Source: an uncultured Pirellulaceae bacterium | Lineage (GTDB): Bacteria; Planctomycetota; Planctomycetia; Pirellulales; Pirellulaceae | Assembly: GCA_964577115.1 (NCBI GenBank) | Contig: CAZNXJ010000002.1 | Location: forward strand, 252,285 to 316,284 | Direction of reading: 5' to 3' | Length of the DNA: 64,000 nt | Notes under the pieces: generated by a model | Told to the model about the DNA's origin: nothing | The model's input: only the letters and a program-made list of their open reading frames with translations | The model's database searches: none | Made by a program: the position numbers and the translations under genes | Part shown: one piece after another, positions 1 through 10,460 of the stretch | Layout: each line of letters opens with the position of its first letter | Position numbering within the stretch: the first letter of the stretch is position 1

Positions 1-494
1 GTGTGGATCGGTGTTCCGCCGTCCTCGATCGAACTTTCGACTTCCAGGACTCGGCCCTCGGGTGTCGCTCGCGTCGTCAGTTGGACCAGTTGTGTGACCG
101 TATCGTTGCCGCGCGGCAGCACAGACTGTTGATGCGAGACGGTTTCGAGTAGGGTGCGGCCGTTCCGCTCGATGCGCCGCACTGCGAGGTGCGAGTAGCC
201 GAATTTGCGGCCGCCGTGATAGAACGCATACCAGAGTTCCTCGACCAGTTCGCCGGGGCGTTCCTCCCCGGGGCCCTCGTATTCCGCAAAGGATACCTCC
301 GGCAGGCTGCTCGGCGCGCGCGGTGCATCGACTTCGCGGCGTGGCGGCGCGGTGGTTTCGCTGGCCGTGGGTGTGGGTTCTGAACGCGAGCATGCAGACA
401 GGGCCAGAACGATCAGCAACACGGTGCACGCCCGGGCGAAGGACGGCAGCGGCCCGCGGGTTCGCTGAGCTGGCAAGAGATCGGGGCGGTCCAT
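1..494 (-). CDS. Hypothetical lipoprotein, partial (C-terminus lies beyond the window start)
   Basis: Minus-strand ATG at 494..492 translates to MDRPDLLPAQRTRGPLPSFARACTVLLIVLALSAC..., a signal peptide with an L-S-A-C lipobox. The frame stays open to position 1. The ORF track lacks it because it has no in-window stop. Confidence 0.5.
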   Translation of the reverse strand, partial: MDRPDLLPAQRTRGPLPSFARACTVLLIVLALSACSRSEPTPTASETTAPPRREVDAPRAPSSLPEVSFAEYEGPGEERPGELVEELWYAFYHGGRKFGYSHLAVRRIERNGRTLLETVSHQQSVLPRGNDTVTQLVQLTTRATPEGRVLEVESSIEDGGTPIH

Positions 495-1009
495 CTCGTC
501 ACTCCTTCTCATCGTTCTCCTCGTCCGTGCATTTCCTCCGTGCGGCGGGCTCATCGCGACAATCGCTACACGCGGCGTTTTAGCGACCAAAGAACGCACG
601 TCACTATAACAGACACCCGTCCCGCGCCGCTTGGGCAGGGCGGTCTGCCTGTCCGCTAAATCTTGTGCAACCCGAAGATCATTCGCCATGCCGAGCGGAT
701 TTTGCGGCCAGGGTTTTCGCCGCGGCTGAGCGTCTCTAAGACGGTGCTAGACTTGGGTGAACGGCTGGGCGGCCGGGTGATCGGTCGGACCCGCTGGATG
801 GCTGACGAAAGACCCACCGCCGACTCGCCGGGCAATTCAGCACGCAGCGACTCTGCGACTCACGGAAACCGGATCGCCGGACGGGGAATTCGTAGTCACT
901 CGCCGTTTACGTGACCTAAGTTTTCCTAACCTGCAGGCGGCTCGAGGTTCCTCTCGGAGGCCCATGCCGCCGCATCGTCCGAGATGTGATTTCCGAACTG
1001 AGGTCGAAG

Positions 1010-1699
1010 ATGGGCTTCTTGAAGCGTTTCTTCCGCAACGTTACCCCCGAAGGCACGCCGGTCGCTGCTCCGGCGAGCAGCTTCGACGAGCTCTCGGACG
1101 AGCAACTGGAAGCTCATCTGCGAATCAACCGCTACGGGCAATTCTATCTGACGGATGCCGTGCGGCCGTCGTTTGACCTCCAGGTCATTCCGACGCAAGG
1201 CTATCGCCACGATGTCTATCAGGACGACCAGTCGCGAACGCGCGTGCCGGTTCTCATGGCGTCCGCGTCACGCGAGATTCTGTTCGACGTGTTCATGGAT
1301 CTGCTGGAACCGCTCGGCAGCGAAGTCGACGTGGTGCTCGAAACCAGCCACACGCGGCAAGGGGGCCACGAGGATCTCTATCGCGAGCACATCGACATGC
1401 CGGTGCTCAAGAGTATTCTCTACGATTTTGAAGACCTGCTGATGAACGACGGCTGCACCGGGATCGCCGTTTTGAACCCGGGCACTCCGCAGGAAATCCA
1501 GTTCGACGAACATAAGCTGCTCATCGCCTACGGCCGGCCGCTCGAAGGTTTTGAAGAAATCTTCGCCCGCTACGGCATTCCGTGCGACGACGAGATCAAG
1601 TTCCTGACCGAAGCGGAACACGTCCATTCGTCGAACGATCGGTACATCCAACAGTTCGATGAATTGCGGATGCGGCTCGGTATGGACGGCTATTGTTAA
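1010..1699 (+). CDS. Hypothetical conserved protein
   Basis: ORF 986..1699. The internal Met giving MGFLKRFF (1010) is the more likely start. The sequence looks protein-like but I recognise no family. Confidence 0.45.
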   Translation: MGFLKRFFRNVTPEGTPVAAPASSFDELSDEQLEAHLRINRYGQFYLTDAVRPSFDLQVIPTQGYRHDVYQDDQSRTRVPVLMASASREILFDVFMDLLEPLGSEVDVVLETSHTRQGGHEDLYREHIDMPVLKSILYDFEDLLMNDGCTGIAVLNPGTPQEIQFDEHKLLIAYGRPLEGFEEIFARYGIPCDDEIKFLTEAEHVHSSNDRYIQQFDELRMRLGMDGYC

Positions 1700-1713
1700 G
1701 TATCCCGAGCGAC

Positions 1714-2508
1714 TCAGGGATGAGACGAGAGCCGCGACTGTAGATCGACGAGGATGCGCTGCTCGAGCGCAACGTCGCGGCCTTGTGGGATCCAGCCTAG
1801 CGATACCGCACCGCTGCGAGGGCGCGCTTCGCTGCGGATCACGGTTCCATCGTGACGCAGGAACGTACCTCCCACCGGGGCATTCTCCGGTTGGAAGAGG
1901 TCCTCGAGCTCTTTCGCGACGATGACTTCGATGTAGAATCCCTGACCCGCGGGCATGACGCGCGCCGTGGCAAATCGGCGGATGGTCTGCAGCGAGCTCT
2001 GTAGTCGCTCGAAGCCATGCGTCGAATCGCCTCGCCACGGTTCCAGATACGTGGCCCCGATCGCCGGGATCGTCGTCAGCGTGCCTTCGGTGATCACGTC
2101 GCCGACAACTCGCACCCGCTCTTCACGTTCAATGCGAAAGTAGTCGTCGATCGCATCGACCAGCTGGTCCCAGACGAAGTCCGGATTGGTGACCGGCACG
2201 TACAGAGGATTGGGCAGCAGCGTGATCGGCTGATGATGCTCGTGCGCGTGCCCAAAGAAGTGGTTGTGGAGGCTGGTCATCGAGTTGCAGCCGCCCAGCA
2301 GCGCAGCCGCCAGCCCCAGCACGGTGGCGGCCGTGAGCCGGCGGCCACCGCTTCGTTCAAACCAGCTCGTGGGGTGGGCTCGGACGCGCTTCCGCTGCAC
2401 GATGCCTCTGCCAATGCTCGCAGGACATGAAATTATCCCGATGGGCGGCGGAGTGTCGCGAAAAATTGGCAGCCGAGCAAGAGCAGTCGGATTGGAGTTA
2501 GGGGGCAA
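1714..2508 (-). CDS. Hypothetical lipoprotein
   Basis: ORF with an N-terminal hydrophobic segment and an LLGGC lipobox (TAATVLGLAAALLGGCNS), then a His-rich stretch HNHFFGHAHEHH. The true start is probably internal (GTG or a later codon). Confidence 0.5.
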   Translation of the reverse strand: MPPNSNPTALARLPIFRDTPPPIGIISCPASIGRGIVQRKRVRAHPTSWFERSGGRRLTAATVLGLAAALLGGCNSMTSLHNHFFGHAHEHHQPITLLPNPLYVPVTNPDFVWDQLVDAIDDYFRIEREERVRVVGDVITEGTLTTIPAIGATYLEPWRGDSTHGFERLQSSLQTIRRFATARVMPAGQGFYIEVIVAKELEDLFQPENAPVGGTFLRHDGTVIRSEARPRSGAVSLGWIPQGRDVALEQRILVDLQSRLSSHP

Positions 2509-2653
2509 TCGTCAAGGGCGAGGGTTCGGGGGGAGGCCTTCGAGAAGCTGTGGAGGGCAGGGGACTCGCGCAATCTGCGCCGTGACATTCTCGGATGACA
2601 GCTATCTGAAACCTGAACCCGGTCGAATCCCTCGTACTTTTTTCTCTCAGGTG

Positions 2654-3541
2654 TTAGGTGGCCGGCTGCGCTGTGGCTGGGGCTGGAGAGACCGGCGAAG
2701 GCAGTGTGGCGGCGACGGGAGCTCCGGCCCCTGGCGCATTGGATGGAGCGATCGGCAGCATGATCGTCATCGCCGTCCCGCGCCCGACCGTGCTTTCGAC
2801 GCGAATGCGGCCTCGATGCGCTTCGATAATGTCGCGGCAGGCCGCCAGCCCCAGCCCACTGCCTCCGCGGCCGGTTTCATCGGGCCCGGACTTCGTGCTG
2901 AAATACGGTTCAAAAATGTGCCGCAGCTTGTCCGGCGGAATGCCCGCACCGGTGTCTCGGACCGTCAGATCCACCATGCCGCGCGCTTCGTCCGGCGCGA
3001 TACGAATGGTCACTCGTCCGCCGCTGGGCATCGCTTGCCGCGCGTTGATGAGCAGGTTGAGGAGCACTTGCTGGATCTGGTTACCGCGCGCTAGCACGGG
3101 CGGAGCTGGTTCGAACTGCCGTTCGACGTCGATGCGATATTTGCGCATCTCGCGTTCGAGCAGTACCAGCGAGTCGTCGACCAGCGTGGCCAGGTCGGTC
3201 GGTTCGAAGCCCTGGCTGCGATTGCGCGCGACGCCGAGGATCGAGTTGGTGATCTTGGCCGCGCGCTGGCCGGCAGTGTGGATTTTCTCGAGCGCCTTAG
3301 TGCGCGTCGCCTCGTCCGAACTGCGCAGCCCGAGCCGCGCGTAGTTCAGGATTGTCATCAACACGTTGTTGAATTCATGGGTGGTGGTGCTTGCCAGTTC
3401 GCCGAGCGCCGTCAGTTTTTGTGCGTGCGCGAGCTGATCCTTCAGCATCGCCACTTGCTGTTCCAGCTTTCGGACTGTGTCCTCACTCCCCGTCGCCATG
3501 CCAGATCCGTCTTGTTCGAATTCGTCTCGGGTGCGGGCCAA
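2654..3541 (-). CDS. Soluble histidine kinase (HisKA + HATPase_c) with a Pro/Ala-rich C-terminal tail
   Basis: H-box HEFNNVLMTILNYARL. The N/G boxes (RDTGAGIPPDKLRHIFEPYFSTK, GGSGLGLAACRDIIEAHRGRI) are present. There is no TM or sensor domain, and the C-terminus is PGAGAPVAATLPSPVSPAPATAQPAT. Confidence 0.8.
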   Translation of the reverse strand: MARTRDEFEQDGSGMATGSEDTVRKLEQQVAMLKDQLAHAQKLTALGELASTTTHEFNNVLMTILNYARLGLRSSDEATRTKALEKIHTAGQRAAKITNSILGVARNRSQGFEPTDLATLVDDSLVLLEREMRKYRIDVERQFEPAPPVLARGNQIQQVLLNLLINARQAMPSGGRVTIRIAPDEARGMVDLTVRDTGAGIPPDKLRHIFEPYFSTKSGPDETGRGGSGLGLAACRDIIEAHRGRIRVESTVGRGTAMTIMLPIAPSNAPGAGAPVAATLPSPVSPAPATAQPAT

Positions 3542-3660
3542 ACGTGCGGCATCGCGCGAGCATCGTACGGCGGCAGTCCCAGGTTCTCCGCCTTGCCAAA
3601 GTCGCGGCGGCTACGCCTCTTGCCTTGCGTTCGCGCCTTAACTTGCTGTGCCTGCGATGT

Positions 3661-3676
3661 TTACGTCATTACGTCA
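3661..3676. promoter_or_regulatory. Tandem direct repeat TTACGTCA x2 (TGACGTAA x2 on the other strand), about 120 bp upstream of the soluble histidine kinase
   Basis: Read directly. It resembles CRE-like TGACGT half-sites. Confidence 0.25.
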
Positions 3677-3780
3677 TATCGTCGAAGCGCGGTAGGCAAC
3701 TATAGCGCAAAGTCGTACAATCCGCTCCGCACACGTCTTACCCGGGTTTTCGTCCCGCAATCCCTGGCAGGAGGCCGAAG

Positions 3781-3982
3781 GTTGCACACCGTCGAACGAC
3801 TCGAACAAACACTCGCCGCCGTCCGTCAGCTTGGCTACGAAGTACGCATGGAGTGGCTCGAAAATGGCGGCGGCGTCTGCGAATACAAAGGGCGGCGCTG
3901 GTTGTTTGTCGATCTTGCCCAAACTGCCGCCGAGCAGCTCGAGCAGGCGCGTGCCGTATTGCGCCAGGCCGCGCAGCAATAG
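3781..3982 (+). CDS. Possible small hypothetical protein (TTG start)
   Basis: This is the 3' part of ORF 3278..3982, outside the kinase gene. Its tail reads HTVERLEQTLAAVRQLGYEVRMEWLENGGGVCEYKGRRWLFVDLAQTAAEQLEQARAVLRQAAQQ. The start is uncertain. Confidence 0.2.
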
Positions 3983-4055
3983 GGCCGAAGGGAATCAAGG
4001 CTGGGCCTGGATGAGGCGCTGCGAGCCGCGTGAGCGATTCCGTTTCCGACTTGGC

Positions 4056-4667
4056 TTACGCGTTTTGGTAAAGTCCGTGCGTCTTGATGTATTGCTCGAC
4101 GGCGCGTGGCGTGCGGTAACGAATGCTCTGGCCGGCCGCCAGGCGCGCTCGCAATTCCTTGCTGCTGTGACCGATCAGCGGCATCTCGACGGCGGCATGT
4201 TGGATTTCCAAAAGACGCTGCTCGCCAACGAGCGGGCGCAATGCGTCCCAGTCGGGATCGGCCGCTCCGGCGCGACGCACCACCACCGGCGTTGCCAGCG
4301 CACAGATCCGATCCGGCTCGCGCCAGGTTGGGAAATCGACGAGCGAATCGGCGCCCATCAGCAGGAATAGTTCCGCGCCTGGATGCAGTTCCGCCATCGC
4401 GGCCACCGTCTCGACCGTGTAGCTGACGCCGCCTCGATCCAGTTCGATCGTCGATATTTCAAACGCGTCGTTTCCGGCGATGGCGAGCCGCAACATTTCG
4501 ACGCGATGTTTGCTCTCGGACGGTGGCACGTCGCGCTTGTGCGGCGATACGGCCGCTGGGATGAAGGCGACGCGGTCGAGCCGGCAGCTTTCACGGCACG
4601 ACTCGGCGAGCAGCAAGTGTCCGTAATGAACGGGATCGAATGATCCTCCATAGATTCCAAGCCGCAT
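4056..4667 (-). CDS. nadD: Nicotinate-nucleotide adenylyltransferase
   Basis: N-terminus MRLGIYGGSFDPVHYGHLLLAE carries the (H/T)xGH nucleotidyltransferase motif. It is 203 aa, typical for NadD. Confidence 0.9.
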   Translation of the reverse strand: MRLGIYGGSFDPVHYGHLLLAESCRESCRLDRVAFIPAAVSPHKRDVPPSESKHRVEMLRLAIAGNDAFEISTIELDRGGVSYTVETVAAMAELHPGAELFLLMGADSLVDFPTWREPDRICALATPVVVRRAGAADPDWDALRPLVGEQRLLEIQHAAVEMPLIGHSSKELRARLAAGQSIRYRTPRAVEQYIKTHGLYQNA

Positions 4668-4875
4668 CGAGTAACCTCAGCCATTGTCTCACGGGCAGCC
4701 AACCGCGAGCCGCGATCGGCGGGAAACCATGAATGTGCCACAGGTCGCGTGCGAGGAGAAGTGGCTTCCACAGTCGGCGGCGCCGTCGGAGTGCACTAGT
4801 CGACGTTCGTTGGCCGCGCGGCCATAATGTCGAAGGAATTTTGAATTCGTGATCGGCGCGGCGTTTCGAGACAAC

Positions 4876-5424
4876 ATGAGGGAGTCTATGCCGTCCAACC
4901 CTGCGGTCTCGACGAAGGCTGCCAAGCTCGGAGCGCATCCGAGCGGCGATCGCCGCTTCAAGGTCCTGGAAGTGGCGATGAAGCGGCAGCAGTTCCGCCA
5001 GGACGCCCTGATCGAAGTGCTGCACACCGCGCAGCAATTGTTCGGCTATCTCGAAGACGACCTGCTCTATTACATCGCGAGCAGTCTGAAGCTTCCGCCC
5101 AGTCGCGTCTATGGTGTCGCGACGTTCTACCACTTCTTCACGCTCAAGCCGCAGGGGCGGCACACCTGCGTCGTTTGCACGGGAACGGCGTGCTACGTCA
5201 AGAATTCCGACGGATTGCTCGCGGCCGTGCGCGAGGAGCTGAAGATCGGGCCAGGCGAGACGACGCCGGATGGCGAGGTTTCCGTGCTGACAGCTCGCTG
5301 TCTTGGCGCCTGCGGCAATGCACCGGTCGTTGTCATGGATGGAGTCATTCTTGGACAACAGACGCCGGACGATATCCGTCGCCAGTTGAAAGGATGGTTG
5401 TCGCGTGGATCTGATGGATCTTGA
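4876..5424 (+). CDS. hoxE: Bidirectional [NiFe] hydrogenase diaphorase subunit HoxE (NuoE-like 2Fe-2S)
   Basis: [72 protein letters not shown]...[11 protein letters not shown]...CLGACGNAP closely matches cyanobacterial HoxE. The start could be 4849, 4876 or 4888. Confidence 0.85.
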   Translation: MRESMPSNPAVSTKAAKLGAHPSGDRRFKVLEVAMKRQQFRQDALIEVLHTAQQLFGYLEDDLLYYIASSLKLPPSRVYGVATFYHFFTLKPQGRHTCVVCTGTACYVKNSDGLLAAVREELKIGPGETTPDGEVSVLTARCLGACGNAPVVVMDGVILGQQTPDDIRRQLKGWLSRGSDGS

Positions 5425-7159
5425 TACGATCGCCGCCCGCGAGGCCAGTCAGCGAGCGCCTTGTCAAATTCGCTGCTGTACGGCGGCCGGCTGTGTTTCG
5501 GCAGGATCGGACAAGGTGCTCGAGCAGCTCCAGCAGTCCGTCAAGGACGCCGGGCTGACCGACCGCGTTCAGGTTGCCGCGGTAGGCTGCATGCGCCTCT
5601 GTAGCCTCGGACCACTTGTCCGCGTTGATCCCACTGGCGTGCTCTATCGAAACGTCACGGCCGAGACCGCGCCGTCGATCGTGGCCGCTCAGAATGGCGG
5701 CACGGCAGAGGCCGAGACGTATGATTTGGCGAGCCCCTTCTTCGCCTTGCAGCTGCCACTGATTCTCGAGAACAGCGGTACAGTCGAGCCTGAGCGGATC
5801 GAGAGCTACATCGCGGCGGGCGGATACCGCGCCTTGTACCGGGCGGTGACCGATATGCAGCCGGCGGAAGTCATCGACGAGATTACTCGCAGCGGCCTGC
5901 GCGGCCGCGGGGGTGCCGGTTACCCGACTGGAGTGAAATGGGGCACGGTCGCGAAGAATCCCGGCGAGCGGCGGTACGTCGTCTGCAACGCGGACGAAGG
6001 GGATCCCGGCGCGTTCATGAATCGGAGCGTGCTGGAAAGCGACCCGCATAAGGTGCTCGAAGGCATGGCCATCGCCGGCTACGCCGTCGGAGCCAACCAG
6101 GGCTACATTTACTGCCGCGGCGAATACACGCTGGCCATTGACCGACTGAAAAAGGCCATTCGGCAGGCCGGACGTTTGGGCCTGTTGGGGACCAGTGTTT
6201 TCTCCTCGCCGTTCGATTTTCGCATCGACATCCGCATCGGTGCTGGAGCCTTTGTCTGCGGAGAAGAAACGGCGCTCATGGCCTCGATCATGGGCGGCCG
6301 TGGCACGCCGGTACCGCGGCCGCCGTATCCCGCCGAGCGCGGACTATGGGGCATGCCCACACTGCTGAACAACGTTGAGACGTTCGCGAACGTTCCCAGC
6401 ATCATCACCCGCGGCGCGGAATGGTTTTCCGGAATAGGTACCCCGACGAGCACCGGTACGAAGGTCTTTTGCTTGACCGGCAAGATCGTGAACACGGGGC
6501 TCGTGGAAGTTGCGCTAGGGACGCCGCTGCGCACAATCGTCGAACAAATCGGCGGCGGCGTTCCGGACGGTGGCAAGATCAAGGCCGTGCAAACCGGCGG
6601 TCCATCCGGCGGCTGCATTCCCGCCGAACTGCTTGACACGCCGGTCGATTACGAATCGCTCGGCGCGATTGGTTCGATCATGGGCTCGGGCGGCATGATC
6701 GTCATGGACGATCAAACGGACATGGTGGACGTCGCACGCTTCTTCATGGAGTTCTGCATGGACGAGTCGTGTGGCAAGTGCGTGCCGTGCCGAGCGGGCA
6801 CGGTGCAGATGCACCGGCTGCTCGACCGCATCCTCCAAGGCGCGGCGGGTCCGGAAGACCTTCAGCAACTCGAATTGCTCTGCGACATGGTGCGCAACAC
6901 CAGCCTCTGTGGACTCGGACAGACCGCTCCCAACCCGACGCTTAGCACGCTCCAGTATTTTCGGCACGAGTACGAGAGCCGCCTGAAAAGTGGCGAGCGG
7001 GCGGAGTTTGTCACGCTGCCGGTTGTCACTCCCATGCCGCATCCCGACGCGGGCGCGGGACGCGCTCCGTGGATTGCCGGTGAGTCGGCTACACAGGCAC
7101 ATGCGACCGAAAACGCAACTTCGCTCTCACCGCCGCAGAAAGGAGAGCAAACCTCATGA
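5405..7159 (+). CDS. hoxF: Hydrogenase diaphorase subunit HoxF (NuoF-like; FMN, NAD, Fe-S)
   Basis: N-terminal thioredoxin-like 2Fe-2S region, [20 protein letters not shown]-binding motif, and a C-terminal [10 protein letters not shown] 4Fe-4S motif. It overlaps the hoxE stop. Confidence 0.9.
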   Translation: MDLMDLDTIAAREASQRAPCQIRCCTAAGCVSAGSDKVLEQLQQSVKDAGLTDRVQVAAVGCMRLCSLGPLVRVDPTGVLYRNVTAETAPSIVAAQNGGTAEAETYDLASPFFALQLPLILENSGTVEPERIESYIAAGGYRALYRAVTDMQPAEVIDEITRSGLRGRGGAGYPTGVKWGTVAKNPGERRYVVCNADEGDPGAFMNRSVLESDPHKVLEGMAIAGYAVGANQGYIYCRGEYTLAIDRLKKAIRQAGRLGLLGTSVFSSPFDFRIDIRIGAGAFVCGEETALMASIMGGRGTPVPRPPYPAERGLWGMPTLLNNVETFANVPSIITRGAEWFSGIGTPTSTGTKVFCLTGKIVNTGLVEVALGTPLRTIVEQIGGGVPDGGKIKAVQTGGPSGGCIPAELLDTPVDYESLGAIGSIMGSGGMIVMDDQTDMVDVARFFMEFCMDESCGKCVPCRAGTVQMHRLLDRILQGAAGPEDLQQLELLCDMVRNTSLCGLGQTAPNPTLSTLQYFRHEYESRLKSGERAEFVTLPVVTPMPHPDAGAGRAPWIAGESATQAHATENATSLSPPQKGEQTS

Positions 7160-7872
7160 GCGTCATTACGCTCACTATCGATGGCCAGCTGGTCAGTGCC
7201 CGGCAGGGGGAAACAATCCTGCAAGCCGCGGAGTCGGCCGGGATCAAGATCCCAACACTTTGCTACGTCGAGGGGCTTAGCGCGCATGGCGGCTGCCGGA
7301 TGTGTCTCGTAAATATCGAGGGCCACAGCCGCCTCCAGCCCGCCTGCTTCATGAATGTCCAGGAAGGCATGGTGGTGCAGACGAACACCGAGCAGCTTCG
7401 CGAGTATCGGCGGATGATTGTCGAGTTGCTGTTTGCCGAGGGCAATCATGTTTGCTCGGTGTGTGTGGCCAACAACAACTGCGAGCTTCAGGATGCGGCG
7501 ATCGAAACGGGCATGGATCACGTGCGGCTCGAATACATCCATCCGCGCCGTGAAGTGGATAACTCGCATGAACGCTTCGGCATCGATCATAACCGATGTA
7601 TCCTCTGCACGCGCTGCGTGCGCGCTTGCGACGAGCTGGAAGGCGCGCATACGTGGGACGTCGCGGGACGCGGCGCGAACACGAAAATGATCACCGACAT
7701 GAATCAGCCTTGGGGCGATTCGCCGACGTGCACTTCCTGCGGCAAGTGTTTCATGGCCTGCCCGACCGGCGCCATCTTCCGCAAGGGATCGACCGTCGCC
7801 GAAATGGAACACGGCCGGCAAACTCTCGATTTCCTCATCACGGCGCGGGAGAAACAGCAGTGGATCGTTTGA
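7156..7872 (+). CDS. hoxU: Hydrogenase diaphorase subunit HoxU (NuoG N-terminal-like 2Fe-2S/4Fe-4S)
   Basis: [56 protein letters not shown] plus CxxCxxC clusters. ATGA overlap with the hoxF stop. Confidence 0.9.
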   Translation: MSVITLTIDGQLVSARQGETILQAAESAGIKIPTLCYVEGLSAHGGCRMCLVNIEGHSRLQPACFMNVQEGMVVQTNTEQLREYRRMIVELLFAEGNHVCSVCVANNNCELQDAAIETGMDHVRLEYIHPRREVDNSHERFGIDHNRCILCTRCVRACDELEGAHTWDVAGRGANTKMITDMNQPWGDSPTCTSCGKCFMACPTGAIFRKGSTVAEMEHGRQTLDFLITAREKQQWIV

Positions 7873-8402
7873 GGATCGCCACCATCTGGCTCGGCGGCTG
7901 CTCGGGATGTCACATGTCGCTGCTGGATCTCGACGAGTGGCTCTTCGAGCTCGCCCGGTTCGCCGACGTTGTTTACTCGCCGGTCGCTGACGTGAAAGAG
8001 TATCCGGAAAACGTCGATGCGGTGCTCGTCGAAGGAGCGATCGCCAATGAAGATCACTTGCATTTCATCCAGCGCGTGCGCGCTCGGACGCGTTGGGTTA
8101 TCTCCTTCGGCGACTGCGCGGTGACGGGCAATGTGACCGCGCAGCGCAATCCGTTGGGCGGAGCTCTTCCGGTGCTGGAACGCAGCTATGTCGAACTGGC
8201 GGATCGGAATCCGGGGATACCGAACGAGCCGGGTATCGTGCCGGTGCTCCTCGAGCATGTCCAGCCCGTGCACGCCGTCGTGCACGTGGATGCGTTTTTG
8301 CCCGGCTGCCCGCCGCCAGCCGATCGGATTCAGAAGTGTTTCGAAGCTCTCCGTGAGGGCCGGCTGCCCGCCCTGGAAGGACGGGACATCAAGTTTGGCT
8401 GA
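7869..8402 (+). CDS. hoxY: [NiFe] hydrogenase small subunit HoxY
   Basis: [23 protein letters not shown] is the proximal Fe-S cluster motif of small subunits. A TTG start at 7869 overlaps the hoxU TGA. About 178 aa, typical for HoxY. Confidence 0.8.
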   Translation: MRIATIWLGGCSGCHMSLLDLDEWLFELARFADVVYSPVADVKEYPENVDAVLVEGAIANEDHLHFIQRVRARTRWVISFGDCAVTGNVTAQRNPLGGALPVLERSYVELADRNPGIPNEPGIVPVLLEHVQPVHAVVHVDAFLPGCPPPADRIQKCFEALREGRLPALEGRDIKFG

Positions 8403-8541
8403 CGGCTGACGGAAGCGCTGAGTGGAGGAGGGGAGTGGACACTGAGGTCGGATGACAGGAAGTCGGCAGTCGCGACGGCACGTCGCGCTAGCGCGACTAG
8501 CTGAAGAGCGGCGCTGGAAGTGAGATGAAAGTGGGACGCGG

Positions 8542-9981
8542 GTGACGGGCGATGCTATGGCGAAACGTATTCTGATTGATCCGGTGACGCGTATCGAAGG
8601 ACACGCGAAGATCACGGTCTACCTGAATGAACAGGACCAGGTGGATTACGCCCGTTGTCATGTTACCGAGTTCCGCGGGTTCGAACGGATTTACCAAGGG
8701 CGCCCGATGTGGGAAATGCCGGCCATCACGGCGCGCGTGTGCGGCATCTGCCCGGTCAGCCACTTGCTGACCTCGGCCAAGGCCGGCGACCAGATCCTGG
8801 CCGTGCAGCCTCCGCCTGCCGCTCGGAAGCTGCGACGCCTCATGAACCTCGCGCAGATCATCCAATCGCATGCACTTAGCTTCTTTCATCTCAGCGCCCC
8901 CGACTTTTTGCTGGGCATGGACAGCGATCCCGCGCGGCGCAACATCTTTGGGTTGATGGCCGACCATCCCGAGCTTGCTCGTCGCGGTATTCGACTGCGG
9001 CAATTCGGGCAGCAGATCATCGCGATGTTGGGCGGGCAGAAAGTGCATCCGGCGTGGTGCGTCCCCGGTGGCGTGCGTGCATCGCTGACAGAAGACGACA
9101 TTCAGTGGATTCGCAGTCGGCTCGACGAGTCGCGCGATTCGGCGCTCGCCGCCCTCGAGCTCTTCAAAGGCCTCGTCGAGAAATTCCGAGCCGAAGCCGA
9201 TTCATTCGGGGACTTCCCGTCGCTGTTTCTTGGGCAGGTTGGTGCCGACGGGACTTGGGAACACAGCGACGGTCATTTGCGCATCGTCGACAGCCAGCGT
9301 AATATTGTGGCCGACGGGCTGGATCCAACTCGATACCAGGAATACATCGGGGAAGCCGCCGAGCCGTGGTCGTATCTAAAGTCGCCCTACTACAAGCCGC
9401 TCGGCTACCCCGATGGCATGTACCGCGTCGGCCCGCTTGCTCGATTGAACCTGTGCGAGCGCATGGGCACACCGCTGGCCGACGAGCAGCTTGCCGCCTT
9501 CCGGCAGCTCAGTCCGGGCGCGGTCACGTCGTCCTTCTATTACCACCAAGCGCGGCTCATCGAGATCCTCGCATCCGTCGAGTCGATCGAACGCATGTTG
9601 GATGATCCGGACTTGCGCTCGGAGAACTTGCGCGCGACGGCGAGCGTTAACTGCCGCGAAGGCATCGGGTGCAGCGAGGCGCCGCGGGGCACGCTGTTCC
9701 ACCATTATCACGTCGATAAAAACGGGCTCATCGAGAGAGCCAACCTGATCATCGCCACCGGACAAAACAACCTGGCGATGAACGAAACCGTCACACAGAT
9801 CGCGCGGCGCTTTATCACCGGTCCCGAGATTCCGGAGGGCGCGCTCAATCGAGTCGAAGCGGGTATTCGCGCTTTTGATCCGTGCCTGAGCTGCTCGACG
9901 CACGCCGCCGGACAAATGCCGCTCCACATACAAATGCTCGCCGCCGACGGGCGACTCATTGCGGAGGCCCGGCGAGAGTGA
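8542..9981 (+). CDS. hoxH: [NiFe] hydrogenase large subunit HoxH
   Basis: N-terminal [10 protein letters not shown] and [11 protein letters not shown]-terminal [12 protein letters not shown] (Ni-Fe ligating Cys pairs). The start may be 8557 (MAKRIL). Confidence 0.92.
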   Translation: MTGDAMAKRILIDPVTRIEGHAKITVYLNEQDQVDYARCHVTEFRGFERIYQGRPMWEMPAITARVCGICPVSHLLTSAKAGDQILAVQPPPAARKLRRLMNLAQIIQSHALSFFHLSAPDFLLGMDSDPARRNIFGLMADHPELARRGIRLRQFGQQIIAMLGGQKVHPAWCVPGGVRASLTEDDIQWIRSRLDESRDSALAALELFKGLVEKFRAEADSFGDFPSLFLGQVGADGTWEHSDGHLRIVDSQRNIVADGLDPTRYQEYIGEAAEPWSYLKSPYYKPLGYPDGMYRVGPLARLNLCERMGTPLADEQLAAFRQLSPGAVTSSFYYHQARLIEILASVESIERMLDDPDLRSENLRATASVNCREGIGCSEAPRGTLFHHYHVDKNGLIERANLIIATGQNNLAMNETVTQIARRFITGPEIPEGALNRVEAGIRAFDPCLSCSTHAAGQMPLHIQMLAADGRLIAEARRE

Positions 9982-10460
9982 GCGTGGTTGAGACACGGGA
10001 CGACGAGGTGCTCGTAATCGGATATGGCAACGAGCTGCGCGGCGACGACGGAGTAGGACCGTACATGGCCGGGCAGATTGCCCGGCGAGCGATCCGCGGA
10101 GTTCGCACGCTGGCGCTGCCGCAGCTCGTGCCCGAGCTGGCCTGCGACTTGGCTCGAGCGCGTTCGGCCATCTTCATCGACGCGCGGCTGGCCGACCCGC
10201 ATTACGGTGTTCACATCATGCCACTCGAGGCCCAGGGCGATCGGATGCTCATGACCCACGCCATGTGCCCGAGTGGTCTGCTGGCGCTCGCGCGGATTCT
10301 CTACGGCCGGGCGCCAAGGGCCTGGCTCGTGACGATTGCCGGCACGCGATTTGATCCGGGCGCATCGCTCTCGAGCGAAGCGCTCGCTCTTATCGCCGAC
10401 GCGCTACCCCAAATCGAACGGCTCATTGATACATCGAGTTGCCACGAGGAGCAGCGATGA
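9978..10460 (+). CDS. hoxW: Hydrogenase maturation endopeptidase HoxW
   Basis: [31 protein letters not shown] carries the GNxxxxDDG motif of the HybD/HoxW protease family. A GTG start at 9978 overlaps the hoxH TGA (GTGA). Confidence 0.8.
   Translation: MSVVETRDDEVLVIGYGNELRGDDGVGPYMAGQIARRAIRGVRTLALPQLVPELACDLARARSAIFIDARLADPHYGVHIMPLEAQGDRMLMTHAMCPSGLLALARILYGRAPRAWLVTIAGTRFDPGASLSSEALALIADALPQIERLIDTSSCHEEQR

Noticed and set aside
3278-3982. 234-aa plus-strand ORF overlapping the 5' end of the histidine kinase gene
   Set aside because: The first ~88 codons are antisense to the well-supported kinase gene. Only the last ~67 codons could be real, and these are listed separately as a low-confidence feature.
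3674-3998. Minus-strand ORFs 3674..3979 and 3738..3998 in the gap between the kinase and nadD
   Set aside because: They overlap each other and the putative plus-strand small ORF. The translations are low-complexity, and nothing points to a real gene.
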